Below, piece after piece: positions 36,220 through 46,020 of a DNA stretch of 64,000 bases; position 1 is the first letter of the stretch; each line of letters begins with the position of its first letter. The translations under genes and the position numbers were made by a program. Source of the stretch: a virus; the IMG/VR virus record IMGVR_UViG_3300050821_008818, positions 7,364 through 71,363 of that record, one strand, 5' to 3'. The notes below the pieces were generated by a model, which had not been told where the DNA came from, made no database searches, and saw nothing but the letters and a program-made list of their open reading frames with translations.

Positions 36220-39200
36220 TTATGGATGGTAGGTGAGAACCAGCACGCCTTGGGCACCAACTGACCCTCCAGCGCCATTAGCAGATGCGGCCGCTCCGCC
36301 ATAAAGACCACCGGCACCGGCAATATGAGTTCCGCCGCCGCCGTTTCCACCGCCTCCGCCGCCGGAGCCGGCACTGACGGAGGGCCACTCATTGCCGTTG
36401 CCGCCATTACCGCCAGCTGAGGATGTTGTACCATTGCCGAAGCCACCACCACCGCCTCCGCCAGCAGTTCCGATTGCTCCGGGGGCAGCTGTGGAAGTTG
36501 CGCCTGTGCCGCCGCCACTCCCGCCTGAGTTGTTGCCACCGGCTCCGCCATTGCCACCGGTGCTCGCGGTTGCGCCTATCGTGCCGCCGCCACCTCCTCC
36601 GCCGCCACCGCCGCCATAGCCTGGCGTAAGATTATCACCGTTTGCCCCGCCAACACCATTTGGGCCTCCAGCGCCTGCGCCTCCTGTGGTTCCTTGACCA
36701 GAAGAGACGATATGCGAGGTAGACCCACCGGCGTTACATGTACCGGTGCCGCCAGTGCCGCCTGTGCCACCCGAGGGGTTGGTGCCGCCACCACCTCCAT
36801 GAGCAATGAGCGAAGAGGTATTCCATGTGGTGTTGGTTCCGGAACCAACGCTACCCGCCCCAATGGTATAGGAAACGGTTGTAACGCCGGGAGTGGCAAC
36901 AGTGAAGTTACTGATCTTGCAGTATTCGCCGCCGCCTCCGCCGTAGCCAGTAGTTCCGTTTCCACCGCCGGCCCCAATTCCTTCGATTGTGTTATTGGAG
37001 TTGTTCCAATCCGGCGGAGAAGTCCATGTGGTGCCAGAAAGGAGGGCCTGCTGGCAGAATCCGCCTGCAATTGAAGTCCATCCAGCCTGACAGCTTGGCG
37101 GAGCAATAGCGGCAGCTGCTATGGATGGCGTCGGATCTCCAACCCAAGTACATGAAAGCGGTGGTCCGGCTGTGCAGCTAAGTTGCGGCACAATGACCTG
37201 TACTGAAGCAGGAGCTGAAGTGTCACATGTGACTGTGTAAGTTGTAGTTACCAATGGCGTGACTTGCACGCTTCCAGAGGTCGCTCCACCAGTTGAGAAG
37301 TTTGTCCCTGTGCAAGCAGACGCATTGACCGAAGACCACGAAATTGTGGCTGCATTGCTTGGAACCGCCGTCACATTCGACATTATCGATGCTGACGAAC
37401 TGGCATTCACAGTAACCGTAGCGGTTGCTGGCGTAGTCGCCCCACCAGCATCGCACGCGACCGAGTAAGTCGTTGTGCTAGTTGGGCTGACCACAAGAGT
37501 TCCCGACGCGGCATTGCCGGTCGAAAAGCCAGTTCCTACGCAGCGTGTACCATTTGAGGACCATGCCAGTGTGCTGTTATCTCCCGAAAGCACCGCCGGC
37601 GAACCAATGTTTGCAGGATCAAAGGTGGTCGTTGGTCCCCACGCCGTGAACCCAGATGGAGGGGTTACAATATTAAATGTGGGGCCGGTATTTAAAGAGA
37701 GCGATTCACCATTTACCGCGCCAACGTCTGCCGTAATAAAATACGGCCCAGCATTTAAACCGGCAATTGAATACCCTCCAGTGTTCGTCGCTGGATTCTG
37801 ATTAGCTATAACATCGTTGTTCCATCCACCGCCTTGAGTGATATTTTTCACCCAAAGTTTATTATTCGTGAAATCAACCGCGAAACCGATAACATCGTTG
37901 GCAACTCCTGTTACGAAGTTCGTATTGGTGTGCGCATTGTTTATAAAGATATTGCCATTATTCCACTCCCAACCAATTCCGTTTAAATCAACGCCAACAA
38001 AATTTGTCAGGCTTTCCGACGAATTGGCAATTCCTACCATCGTGTTTGCTGAACTAATTCCGGTTCCGAGCTTAACCTCGAAATAGGCTTGTGCCGGAGC
38101 AGCTCCTGAAGAAGTCGTCGAACGAGATGCTCCAATCGATGCGCCGGTAGAATTAGTAAGAACCGAATTCATCGATATCGTGGGCGGCGTAGCGGAGAGA
38201 CTCGCCGTAACTGGGTTTACAGTAATCGTAGTGCTTGCTGGAGTCGTCGCGCCTCCATTATCGCACGCCACGCCATATGTGGTTGTAGTCGTGGGAGTAA
38301 CCAAAAGCGATCCCGACGGAGCATTCCCAGTCGAGAAATTTGTCCCTACGCACCTAGTTCCATTGGTGCCCCATGTGAGCGTGGTGTTTTGCCCATTGAG
38401 AATTGTATTAGAACTAGCGGTCAAGGTGGCTGTTACTGCCGATACGTTGACAGTGACACTCGAATTAACCGGAGTTCCTCCGCTATCGCATGCAATGCTA
38501 TATGTGGTATTAACAGTAGGATGGACTACAAGAGTTCCATTGGTGGCATTGCCAGTCGAGAAATTAGTCCCTACACATTTTACCGTAGCGTTTGATTGCC
38601 ATGTAAGCGTATCGGCACCACCGCTGATGACAGTTGGGGAAGACGCGGTCAAGGTTGCGTTCAATGCGGAATTTACCGTGACCGTTTGACTTGCTGTGGC
38701 CGCTACCCCACCAGCATCGCAGGAGATACTATAAGTGGTTGTAGCGGTTGGATTAACCACCAATGAACCTGAAGTCGCGTTATTGGTATTAGTAAATCCG
38801 GTGCTAATACAGCGGGTAGAATTCATAGAATTCCACATTAGTGTGCTGGGTTGACCAACATTGACGGCTGTGGGAGTTGCCGACAGCATGGCCGTCGGCA
38901 TATTAAGAACTTCTACACCGTCTATCTTTGCATTGGCATCTGTATGACCTGCAACGGCAGTTAAGGTAATAGTAATCTTTCCAAACGAGTCAGCGACTTG
39001 GCTGAAGCATTCAACAACTGCTTTGTTTTTAGCTCCGGCCGTTGCAAAAATATCAAAGTTTGAAAGAACCGTTGTACCATTCAATGCGATATTGAAGACG
39101 CGCGCACCGATAGCAAAATCAGGAGCATAATCTTCCGTAAAATGGAGTCTCACCGAATAAGCCTTGCCAGGCGTCAATCCATCTACCGTATACGTGAGGG

Positions 39201-40923
39201 GATTATCCCAACGTTCCGTGCGATAAACGGCTGTGGGAGCCGGATTCACCACCAAGCTTGTATCAACAGTACCAGTTGGATTATTATTTGCTACGTTGCC
39301 ATGGACCACCGTAAAGTGAGTATCAGCAATAAATGATGCTTGCGGTGGAGCACCGGTTACCGCCGGGCCACCGGAATTTATGCTTGCCGGACCCAAACCA
39401 GGGCAGGGCGGCAACGGAGATATTCCGCACCCTGAAGTCGCAACATTGAACGCGCCCACGTTAGGAGGGCTCGGAGGAGACAGGCCATCCGGAGTCATGA
39501 ACGCAAAGTGAGAGGTTATCAGAGTCGCGCCGGAACCTAGAGCTGGCGATCCACTCTGCGGATGCATATCTCTCGGACTGCCGTTGAGATTTGCAACGTT
39601 CGGGTTAACCCCCAAAAGAGGATTCGCGGCCGCTACGGCAAGACCGCCCTGAAAGCTAGCTCCGCCGCTGACCGTGTCAAAAGACTCATTATTCGTGATC
39701 CCAGTAGCGTTGGCGCCGACGACATTGTAAGCGGCTTGAGAACCCGTCCCTAGCCGGATTGCCAAATTGTTTTGCAGTGTGCTTAACGTGCCGTTTTGAT
39801 TCCAGCCGGGGATGCCGAGTGATACGATGCCGGCCGATTCAAATTCCTTACAGCCGCGATTCGTTACCACTGTGGGATCTAAACAGTTATTTACAAGCGT
39901 GTTGTTTTCGAATACCACATTACCGGAGGTGTATTGTAGAATACCCTTTCCACCTGTGTTATAGACATAATTAAAGGCTACAAGTCCCTTCCCAGTGTAT
40001 TGTACATGGGGGGCATTTTGGCTATCGTTCCAATCGTCAAGGATAATCCCCTCCCCATCGGTATGGGGATTGGTGCCGTTATTGATGCTGGCAGTCTCGC
40101 CGCCGTCGTGGATCACATTGCCTAAGATCTGTACGACATATGTATCACTCTCCCACGTTCCTGTTCCCGTAGTAGCTTTTTCTTCATAAAAATTAACACC
40201 TGATGTGTGGTTGCCATTTACCCCGGAAAAGTCATATACCTCGTTTGCAATAAGATAATCATGATCATTCGATCCAGACGTCCCAAGAACACCAGCGCCG
40301 CACCCGTGAAGAATGCTGTTCATAACGATATGATGGCTGCTGTTATTTGCAAACATCTGGTTACAGGAATATGTGTTTGTATTAGTTTCTTTGTAACCGG
40401 TGTACCCCTGGATGTTGTGACCGTCTATTTCAAATCCATCTAATGCAATATACGTGGCATTAAGATTGATCGGGTTATTGGCGGTTGAACCGATGTAACA
40501 ACCATGGTTTACCGAGCATACATAGGTGATGAAACCGTTTGCTTGGTTGGCAGTTCCACCGCGGCTAAACGTTGCTGTGGTGGTTTTATTATAGGCGGTC
40601 CAACCGCTTGAGCCGAGGGTCGTCTCTGTTGGCGTAGTTCCCAAAACATTGACGCAATCACCACCGGTTAGTGTAGTTCCTGTAGCCCCGATGCTTGTGG
40701 CTGCATCTGCGCCCCATGGTGTAGCGCAATTAGAGGCGCCATATGGATTTGTCCCGGCAGAAGCGCCGCAAGTAGCCGTGTCAGCGCCGGCCGGCGAAAC
40801 ATAGAAATTGCGGGTGCACGTGAGCGGAGAGGTATAGTGCGCTGGCGCAGCCGTGGTTGCAAAGGCCTGCCCGGAAAAAAGAAAAGCACCAAACGCGGCA
40901 CCAAGTAAAGCCTTGAAATTCAT
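36220..40923 (-). CDS. giant multidomain protein: signal peptide, beta-helix, malectin-like, Ig-like repeats, SPRY-like, Gly-rich tail
   Basis: MNFKALLGAAFGAFLFSGQAFA; FYVSP; TDGEGIILD; VYRTERW...VRLHF.E...GARVFNI...FDIFA; repeated LTW.S..C.GTNFSTG; YFEV...DVIGFAVD. Confidence 0.8.
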   Translation of the reverse strand: MNFKALLGAAFGAFLFSGQAFATTAAPAHYTSPLTCTRNFYVSPAGADTATCGASAGTNPYGASNCATPWGADAATSIGATGTTLTGGDCVNVLGTTPTETTLGSSGWTAYNKTTTATFSRGGTANQANGFITYVCSVNHGCYIGSTANNPINLNATYIALDGFEIDGHNIQGYTGYKETNTNTYSCNQMFANNSSHHIVMNSILHGCGAGVLGTSGSNDHDYLIANEVYDFSGVNGNHTSGVNFYEEKATTGTGTWESDTYVVQILGNVIHDGGETASINNGTNPHTDGEGIILDDWNDSQNAPHVQYTGKGLVAFNYVYNTGGKGILQYTSGNVVFENNTLVNNCLDPTVVTNRGCKEFESAGIVSLGIPGWNQNGTLSTLQNNLAIRLGTGSQAAYNVVGANATGITNNESFDTVSGGASFQGGLAVAAANPLLGVNPNVANLNGSPRDMHPQSGSPALGSGATLITSHFAFMTPDGLSPPSPPNVGAFNVATSGCGISPLPPCPGLGPASINSGGPAVTGAPPQASFIADTHFTVVHGNVANNNPTGTVDTSLVVNPAPTAVYRTERWDNPLTYTVDGLTPGKAYSVRLHFTEDYAPDFAIGARVFNIALNGTTVLSNFDIFATAGAKNKAVVECFSQVADSFGKITITLTAVAGHTDANAKIDGVEVLNMPTAMLSATPTAVNVGQPSTLMWNSMNSTRCISTGFTNTNNATSGSLVVNPTATTTYSISCDAGGVAATASQTVTVNSALNATLTASSPTVISGGADTLTWQSNATVKCVGTNFSTGNATNGTLVVHPTVNTTYSIACDSGGTPVNSSVTVNVSAVTATLTASSNTILNGQNTTLTWGTNGTRCVGTNFSTGNAPSGSLLVTPTTTTTYGVACDNGGATTPASTTITVNPVTASLSATPPTISMNSVLTNSTGASIGASRSTTSSGAAPAQAYFEVKLGTGISSANTMVGIANSSESLTNFVGVDLNGIGWEWNNGNIFINNAHTNTNFVTGVANDVIGFAVDFTNNKLWVKNITQGGGWNNDVIANQNPATNTGGYSIAGLNAGPYFITADVGAVNGESLSLNTGPTFNIVTPPSGFTAWGPTTTFDPANIGSPAVLSGDNSTLAWSSNGTRCVGTGFSTGNAASGTLVVSPTSTTTYSVACDAGGATTPATATVTVNASSSASIMSNVTAVPSNAATISWSSVNASACTGTNFSTGGATSGSVQVTPLVTTTYTVTCDTSAPASVQVIVPQLSCTAGPPLSCTWVGDPTPSIAAAAIAPPSCQAGWTSIAGGFCQQALLSGTTWTSPPDWNNSNNTIEGIGAGGGNGTTGYGGGGGEYCKISNFTVATPGVTTVSYTIGAGSVGSGTNTTWNTSSLIAHGGGGGTNPSGGTGGTGGTGTCNAGGSTSHIVSSGQGTTGGAGAGGPNGVGGANGDNLTPGYGGGGGGGGGGGTIGATASTGGNGGAGGNNSGGSGGGTGATSTAAPGAIGTAGGGGGGGFGNGTTSSAGGNGGNGNEWPSVSAGSGGGGGGNGGGGTHIAGAGGLYGGAAASANGAGGSVGAQGVLVLTYHP

Positions 40924-40942
40924 AACAAATTCCCTTATAAAA

Positions 40943-41239
40943 TCAAGCCGCAACAGCGGCGTCTGTAGATTGAACACGCCAAAGTGCGTTCGAAAAATAC
41001 ACAGGAACACCGGTTCCCAATCCAGCACCCTCACCGACCTTTCGCCCGTTAGTGGCGTAGGCTCTCATGCCTTCACTTCCCGCTGGAAGCGTGGCAACTG
41101 TGAATGTATTGAGGCCTTGAGAATCGAGAATGTCCTGAGTTACACCACGCAAGACACCGGGGGTAATAGCTCCCACCGTATTGTCTGCAAGCGACGTTCC
41201 TATTTCTGTCGTAAGAGCTGCATATGTTTTAAGCGTCAT
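40943..41239 (-). CDS. small virion-associated protein
   Basis: ADNTVGAITP..LR N-terminus; TVATLP...AYATNG...WR C-terminus. Confidence 0.6.
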   Translation of the reverse strand: MTLKTYAALTTEIGTSLADNTVGAITPGVLRGVTQDILDSQGLNTFTVATLPAGSEGMRAYATNGRKVGEGAGLGTGVPVYFSNALWRVQSTDAAVAA

Positions 41240-41253
41240 CTAATCGTTTCCTA

Positions 41254-43014
41254 TTAACCAAATTCAATCACAACAATCAATCCGTCGCCGCCTGGTTGTC
41301 CCGGAATGCTAGGTGCGTGCGCCGAACCGCCGCCGCTTCCATTAGATCCTATTGTTGGATTTCCACCAGGAACATTACTACCAGCTGCGCCGCCGCCCGC
41401 CCAGAATGATGAGCCTCCGCCTCCTCCTTGATTGCCACCGGTTGGATATTCACCGGCGCCACCCTGCAACCACAAATTTCCAGCAAGGCCCGTTCCGGGA
41501 AGAGTGTCGGCGAAGCCGGAAGGCCCCCATCCTCCAGGACCGCCGGAAGCCTGGCAGTAAATTCCAAATATGGTAGCACCGCCGCGATATCCGCTTAGTG
41601 TCGGTACTGTCTGCTGGGCGCCACCGTGTCCTATTGTAAAGGCAACAGAAGCCACTCCGACCATAGACATGAATGTAAATGCTGTGCCTCCGCCCCAACC
41701 GCCAGCAGCATTATTTACTGGGCCAGCGCATCCCGCAGATCCGCCGCCACCCGTCGCCAACACGATAGCTGAACGCGTGCCAGTGGTTGGAACATATGTT
41801 CCTGAATATCCAACTGTGAACGGTGTGAGGAACTGAACATTAAGGAGGGAAAGAGTTAAACCATTTCGGATATTGGCAAGGAGTTGCGCCCATGTCTCAA
41901 CGCGGTGATGAGTATCAGCTGCGCTGTAAAAACCAAACAGATCTGTATTGGCGATGATCGGCTGATCAACCAAACCTGGCAAATACCAATTGACGACGGC
42001 ACCTCCAGTTACGTTGATGCCTTCTCCAGAACTTGCCGATAGAGACCCGACTGCCGTAGCAATCTTTGAGTTCATCAGTCGATAAGAGGTGCCATCCCAA
42101 TTCAGGTGCATCATAAAATTGCCAGGAACGTCGCCGCTGGCAATTGCTGCTCCTGATGCATGAATTACGGAATAAGGACCTAAAAGACCGGCCGAACCTA
42201 CGATCGTAATGACCATAGCGCCGGTATTGGTAAAGTTTATCCTTCTGACGAACAAATTAGCAGGCTGCGTAGAAGGAACGGGGATAGGCGAAACGACTAT
42301 CCCGTTACCTGCTCCAGCATCGATGCACTGCCAATATGTACCTTGCTGAACCCAGTAGGGAAGCTGCGGCAATTTTACGAGAATGAATGGCGCCGCCGCA
42401 TATTGCGATATCTGTGCACTCGTCAGCTGTGTCGCACCATTGGCGACGGTAACAACCCACATCCCGACATAGCCAACATCGGGAGCTGGTGTAACTTGGG
42501 TTCCTGCGGTTGCCGCGACACCAGCTTTTGCGACTAGGCTTATGAGACCTTGCCTCAAAGTAGGCTGGGATACGCCGGAGCCAGCGGGGCCACTAAATGG
42601 AATAAGCGGATTTGCAGAATTGAAATAAGGCAGCACCTGAGTGCCGGTATCTTGTTCTGAGAACGCCGCTTCGATCAAATAATTGATCGCCTGTCCTGAT
42701 GTCCCGGGCGGGATTAGCGTGAGATTGACAGCATCAAGGCTAATGCCTTGTTTGATTATCTGATGAACAGTATCAAGTGGAAGTGAACTCCAGGAGGTGC
42801 TATCTACCGGCTCAAGCTGATATATTGAACCAGGATTGATCGTCACCGCGAGGGATGCTGGAATTGTTGGAATACAGCTTAGGCCATCTACTACGGTGCT
42901 TGTTCCGAGGATACCCTGCGCGAGATAGCCCTGCGCTATCATCTTCGCTTTCTCGGCCCCCAACCAAGTGGTAGCTGTAGGTTGCTCGGTCGGGTAGACA
43001 GTAGTCCTATCCAT
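41254..43014 (-). CDS. tail fibre protein
   Basis: MDRTTVYP baseplate-attachment-like N-terminus; Gly-rich C-terminus ending GGDGLIVVIEF. Confidence 0.75.
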   Translation of the reverse strand: MDRTTVYPTEQPTATTWLGAEKAKMIAQGYLAQGILGTSTVVDGLSCIPTIPASLAVTINPGSIYQLEPVDSTSWSSLPLDTVHQIIKQGISLDAVNLTLIPPGTSGQAINYLIEAAFSEQDTGTQVLPYFNSANPLIPFSGPAGSGVSQPTLRQGLISLVAKAGVAATAGTQVTPAPDVGYVGMWVVTVANGATQLTSAQISQYAAAPFILVKLPQLPYWVQQGTYWQCIDAGAGNGIVVSPIPVPSTQPANLFVRRINFTNTGAMVITIVGSAGLLGPYSVIHASGAAIASGDVPGNFMMHLNWDGTSYRLMNSKIATAVGSLSASSGEGINVTGGAVVNWYLPGLVDQPIIANTDLFGFYSAADTHHRVETWAQLLANIRNGLTLSLLNVQFLTPFTVGYSGTYVPTTGTRSAIVLATGGGGSAGCAGPVNNAAGGWGGGTAFTFMSMVGVASVAFTIGHGGAQQTVPTLSGYRGGATIFGIYCQASGGPGGWGPSGFADTLPGTGLAGNLWLQGGAGEYPTGGNQGGGGGSSFWAGGGAAGSNVPGGNPTIGSNGSGGGSAHAPSIPGQPGGDGLIVVIEFG

Positions 43015-43028
43015 TAAAAAACCTCAAT

Positions 43029-43052
43029 AAAAAACCCGGCGCGATAGCCGGG
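43029..43052 (-). terminator. intrinsic terminator inside late operon
   Basis: CCCGGC-TATCGC-GCCGGG-TTTTTT on minus strand. Confidence 0.7.
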
Positions 43053-43078
43053 CTTGTTGATTAATTTTAGAAAATTGA

Positions 43079-45049
43079 TTAGAATTCGATCGCTGTAATC
43101 TTCACATTGACAACTTGGGCAGTGAAGGAAGCTGAATTAGATTCAAGAGCAATATCTAACCAAATAGCGACACCCACACTTAAGCCAGTAACTATGGCAT
43201 GAGTCGCAAATGAATTGACAAAATTCTGGCCATCATATGTGCATTGCTCTGTAGTACTTATTTGCGTTCCAGTTACAGCAGCTCCATTAACTGGCGCCGT
43301 TCCAGTTCCGCGCCTAAGCATGAGAAAGGCACCCTGTCCCTGACAAGCGGCAGTTGGAGAAAAAACTCCACCTGTAGCGACTACTAAAATTCTACCGGTA
43401 ACCGATGGGGTTATGGATGCGGTGCTGCCAATTCCCATCATTACGAAGGCCGACGCGCTAGTCGTTCCAGCTGGGCTCGTATTTCCGGAATCAACGAAGG
43501 CCGCCGCCACCGAGGCTCCTGCCGTGACATTGCCTGACGCATCAGTTAGCAGTGTGCCGGCCCCGTAGTGGCTTAATTGCAGCGTACCTCCTATAACGGA
43601 TTTGGTTTCCGCGGTGGCTGGGAAATTCCCGAGGAACTGCTTGGTTGTGCCGGAACCGCCATCAATCATACTAGCAGTAACATTGTCGTTAAGATCGTTA
43701 CCGATAATTGCGTAATTGTTTGAGGTTCCAGCAGCTATCTCGATTCCATATTTTTGGGTCGCGGCCGAAGTTGGCGACTTACCAATCCTGCACGTCCGAA
43801 TATCGAAGCTGTTTACGTTGGCCGCAACCTTAATTCCCGAGAGTGTGCCAGATGCCGATGTTGAGTTTCCGCCGATATAACAACCATCAAAAAGAGAATA
43901 GGTGCTGGCAGTGGCTTGCAAATTTATACCGGAAAGCGCATTGTCGAGAATCTGACATCCGTGGAGTTGCGCACTCGTAATCGTACCGGTAGTACCGAAA
44001 TTCACACCGTTGCCACTGTTCAGTGATGAGCGCAAGGCGCTAAACCTAACTCCTTGAACAGTTCCGCCGGCTGCGGGGTTGAGATAGATGCCGTCATTCG
44101 TACAACTTGCCACAGCGGTGTTATTCACCGTAAGTCTTTGAACGGTAGTAGTTGCCGGATTTACAATGATGCCATATCCTGTCGAAAGAAAATGGCTGTT
44201 GTCCACCCAGCATGAATCTGTAGCTAGAAGCTGAAGCCCATAGAGAGGTTGGGTCGAGGTCGAGTAAACGAGCACCTTATCAAGGAAATGATTATTGCCG
44301 CCGTTTATGACTATGCCAGTGCCCGTCGTCACTTCCGGATTTTTGACTGTGACGCTATCCAAAACAACATTGGTTGATGCAAGCATATTCACGCCGATAA
44401 ATGTGCCCTCTATCTCAACTCGAGAAAGAGCAACAATCGACACGTCATTGAGTTTGATTGCGGCCCCGGCCGTGTTGACTACCGACGACCAAATGGAGAG
44501 ATCGGAAACAGAGAGATAGCTGAATAGAGTTGAGCCATTACCGAAGCTTATCGTATCTAATGTCGTCGAGCTTTGTTGTATAACACTTACGCCAATTCCG
44601 GCGCCCATAAGACGGACGCTACTTTGGACGATTGGAATTGTGCCACTGACGAGATATATACCAGGCGGGAAATAGATAATTCCTCCAGTTGCAGGAAGGG
44701 CTGATATTGCACTATTAATCGCTCCAGTATCATCAGCAATACCGTTTCCAACCGCTCCATAACCTACTACATCAATCCACGGCTTGGGTCCCTTGACGGA
44801 AAAATTACCGGGGAGAATAGGTGGGACTTGCGTAGAAGTTAGATGAGCAGCACCGTCAAGTGTCGCGATTCCGTTCGGCGCCCCCAGGGTTGTTAGATTA
44901 GGAATACCCAGGAGGCTCAACCAGTGTGCATTATCAATCTGAGCAAGTACGGTTGCACTATAAGCCGAGACAGCTGACGCAGGAAAAGATTGCGCAAAGG
45001 CGGAGTTAAGATCAGCCGACTTTAAAAGCTGTCCCTGTTGCCAGATCAT
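43079..45049 (-). CDS. tailspike/depolymerase (pectate-lyase-fold beta-helix)
   Basis: DVVGYGAVGNGIADDTGAINSAI...GGIIYFPPGIY. Confidence 0.8.
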   Translation of the reverse strand: MIWQQGQLLKSADLNSAFAQSFPASAVSAYSATVLAQIDNAHWLSLLGIPNLTTLGAPNGIATLDGAAHLTSTQVPPILPGNFSVKGPKPWIDVVGYGAVGNGIADDTGAINSAISALPATGGIIYFPPGIYLVSGTIPIVQSSVRLMGAGIGVSVIQQSSTTLDTISFGNGSTLFSYLSVSDLSIWSSVVNTAGAAIKLNDVSIVALSRVEIEGTFIGVNMLASTNVVLDSVTVKNPEVTTGTGIVINGGNNHFLDKVLVYSTSTQPLYGLQLLATDSCWVDNSHFLSTGYGIIVNPATTTVQRLTVNNTAVASCTNDGIYLNPAAGGTVQGVRFSALRSSLNSGNGVNFGTTGTITSAQLHGCQILDNALSGINLQATASTYSLFDGCYIGGNSTSASGTLSGIKVAANVNSFDIRTCRIGKSPTSAATQKYGIEIAAGTSNNYAIIGNDLNDNVTASMIDGGSGTTKQFLGNFPATAETKSVIGGTLQLSHYGAGTLLTDASGNVTAGASVAAAFVDSGNTSPAGTTSASAFVMMGIGSTASITPSVTGRILVVATGGVFSPTAACQGQGAFLMLRRGTGTAPVNGAAVTGTQISTTEQCTYDGQNFVNSFATHAIVTGLSVGVAIWLDIALESNSASFTAQVVNVKITAIEF

Positions 45050-45052
45050 TTG

Positions 45053-46015
45053 TTATCCCAAAAGACTTAAATCGAGAAAGAAATCAAAATCGAGTGTCCC
45101 GGCCTTAATAGGCGGGGGCGCAATATATACCCAGCACGTCACACCGGCTGCGCGTGTGGCCTCGATCGTGTCGTAAATATCTTGATTGGTGACTGTTCCC
45201 TGAATTTGCGATAAATCCGCAAGAGCAAACGCGCCACCGGTTCCAAATAATCCGTATAGGTACCCAAACCCGTTCGAGAATCCTTTGCTAAATGCTACCC
45301 CTAACATCGCAGAAGTAACACCTTGCGGTACGCCCCAACCGCCAGAATAAGAATCAAAACCAGCAAGGCTCGGAATGCCGGCACCAATTGGCTCGACTGC
45401 CGTGATAAACATGGTGTACGGTAAATCGGCACCCCATGCGCCACCGGCGTCAAATGCAAATAGAACGCCCCATCCTCCGCTATCTTGCGGATTCATTGGC
45501 TCGAAAATGGTTACTTCGGTTTGCGTTAGGTCCTCGACAGCCTGCTCAACGCCATGGCGGGTGACCTTCTCGCGGAAAATTTCCTTCTGAATGGTCGCGA
45601 TTAACGAGGAATCTGTCTGACTTGGCTTGCGCTTAATGCGAAGACCAAAGAAATCATAGGCTGAAAGATCGAGGAAGAAGTCCGACGACGTCGTTAGGCG
45701 AGTTTGATTCTTGACGTATTGAAATAGGGAATAGATCCATGCAAGTCCGTCACCGAGTCCGCCTTTGATTGCGGTTATAAATGATGCGTCTAGAACGTTG
45801 AATGAACCGTCGTTCCACCACCCGGTAGGGAGCAACCGCGTTAAGCGGCTGACCATATCGTTTGAATTGCCAGTTGCAATCGGCGGCGCAGGTGGCGCAA
45901 CCAATGGCCCGGGCACAAGAGCTGAGGCCGGAAATGGCGGCCAGACTTCCGTGGACCAAACAAGAGCCTGATATGGGCGCCGCCGGTTTTCCCAAAATGA
46001 ATCCGGTGCAGCCAT
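45053..46015 (-). CDS. baseplate wedge protein (gpI-like position)
   Basis: follows baseplate J; QTRL.T...FLDL...DFFG. Confidence 0.7.
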   Translation of the reverse strand: MAAPDSFWENRRRPYQALVWSTEVWPPFPASALVPGPLVAPPAPPIATGNSNDMVSRLTRLLPTGWWNDGSFNVLDASFITAIKGGLGDGLAWIYSLFQYVKNQTRLTTSSDFFLDLSAYDFFGLRIKRKPSQTDSSLIATIQKEIFREKVTRHGVEQAVEDLTQTEVTIFEPMNPQDSGGWGVLFAFDAGGAWGADLPYTMFITAVEPIGAGIPSLAGFDSYSGGWGVPQGVTSAMLGVAFSKGFSNGFGYLYGLFGTGGAFALADLSQIQGTVTNQDIYDTIEATRAAGVTCWVYIAPPPIKAGTLDFDFFLDLSLLG

Positions 46016-46020
46016 TTATT

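Noticed and set aside
36216-38689. Pro-rich and other overlapping ORFs (e.g. 36392-36619, 38180-38689)
   Set aside because: Antisense or alternate-frame shadows of Gly/Thr-rich coding sequence
36220-45049. Diversity-generating retroelement acting on fibres
   Set aside because: No reverse transcriptase and no TR/VR pair differing at adenines was seen
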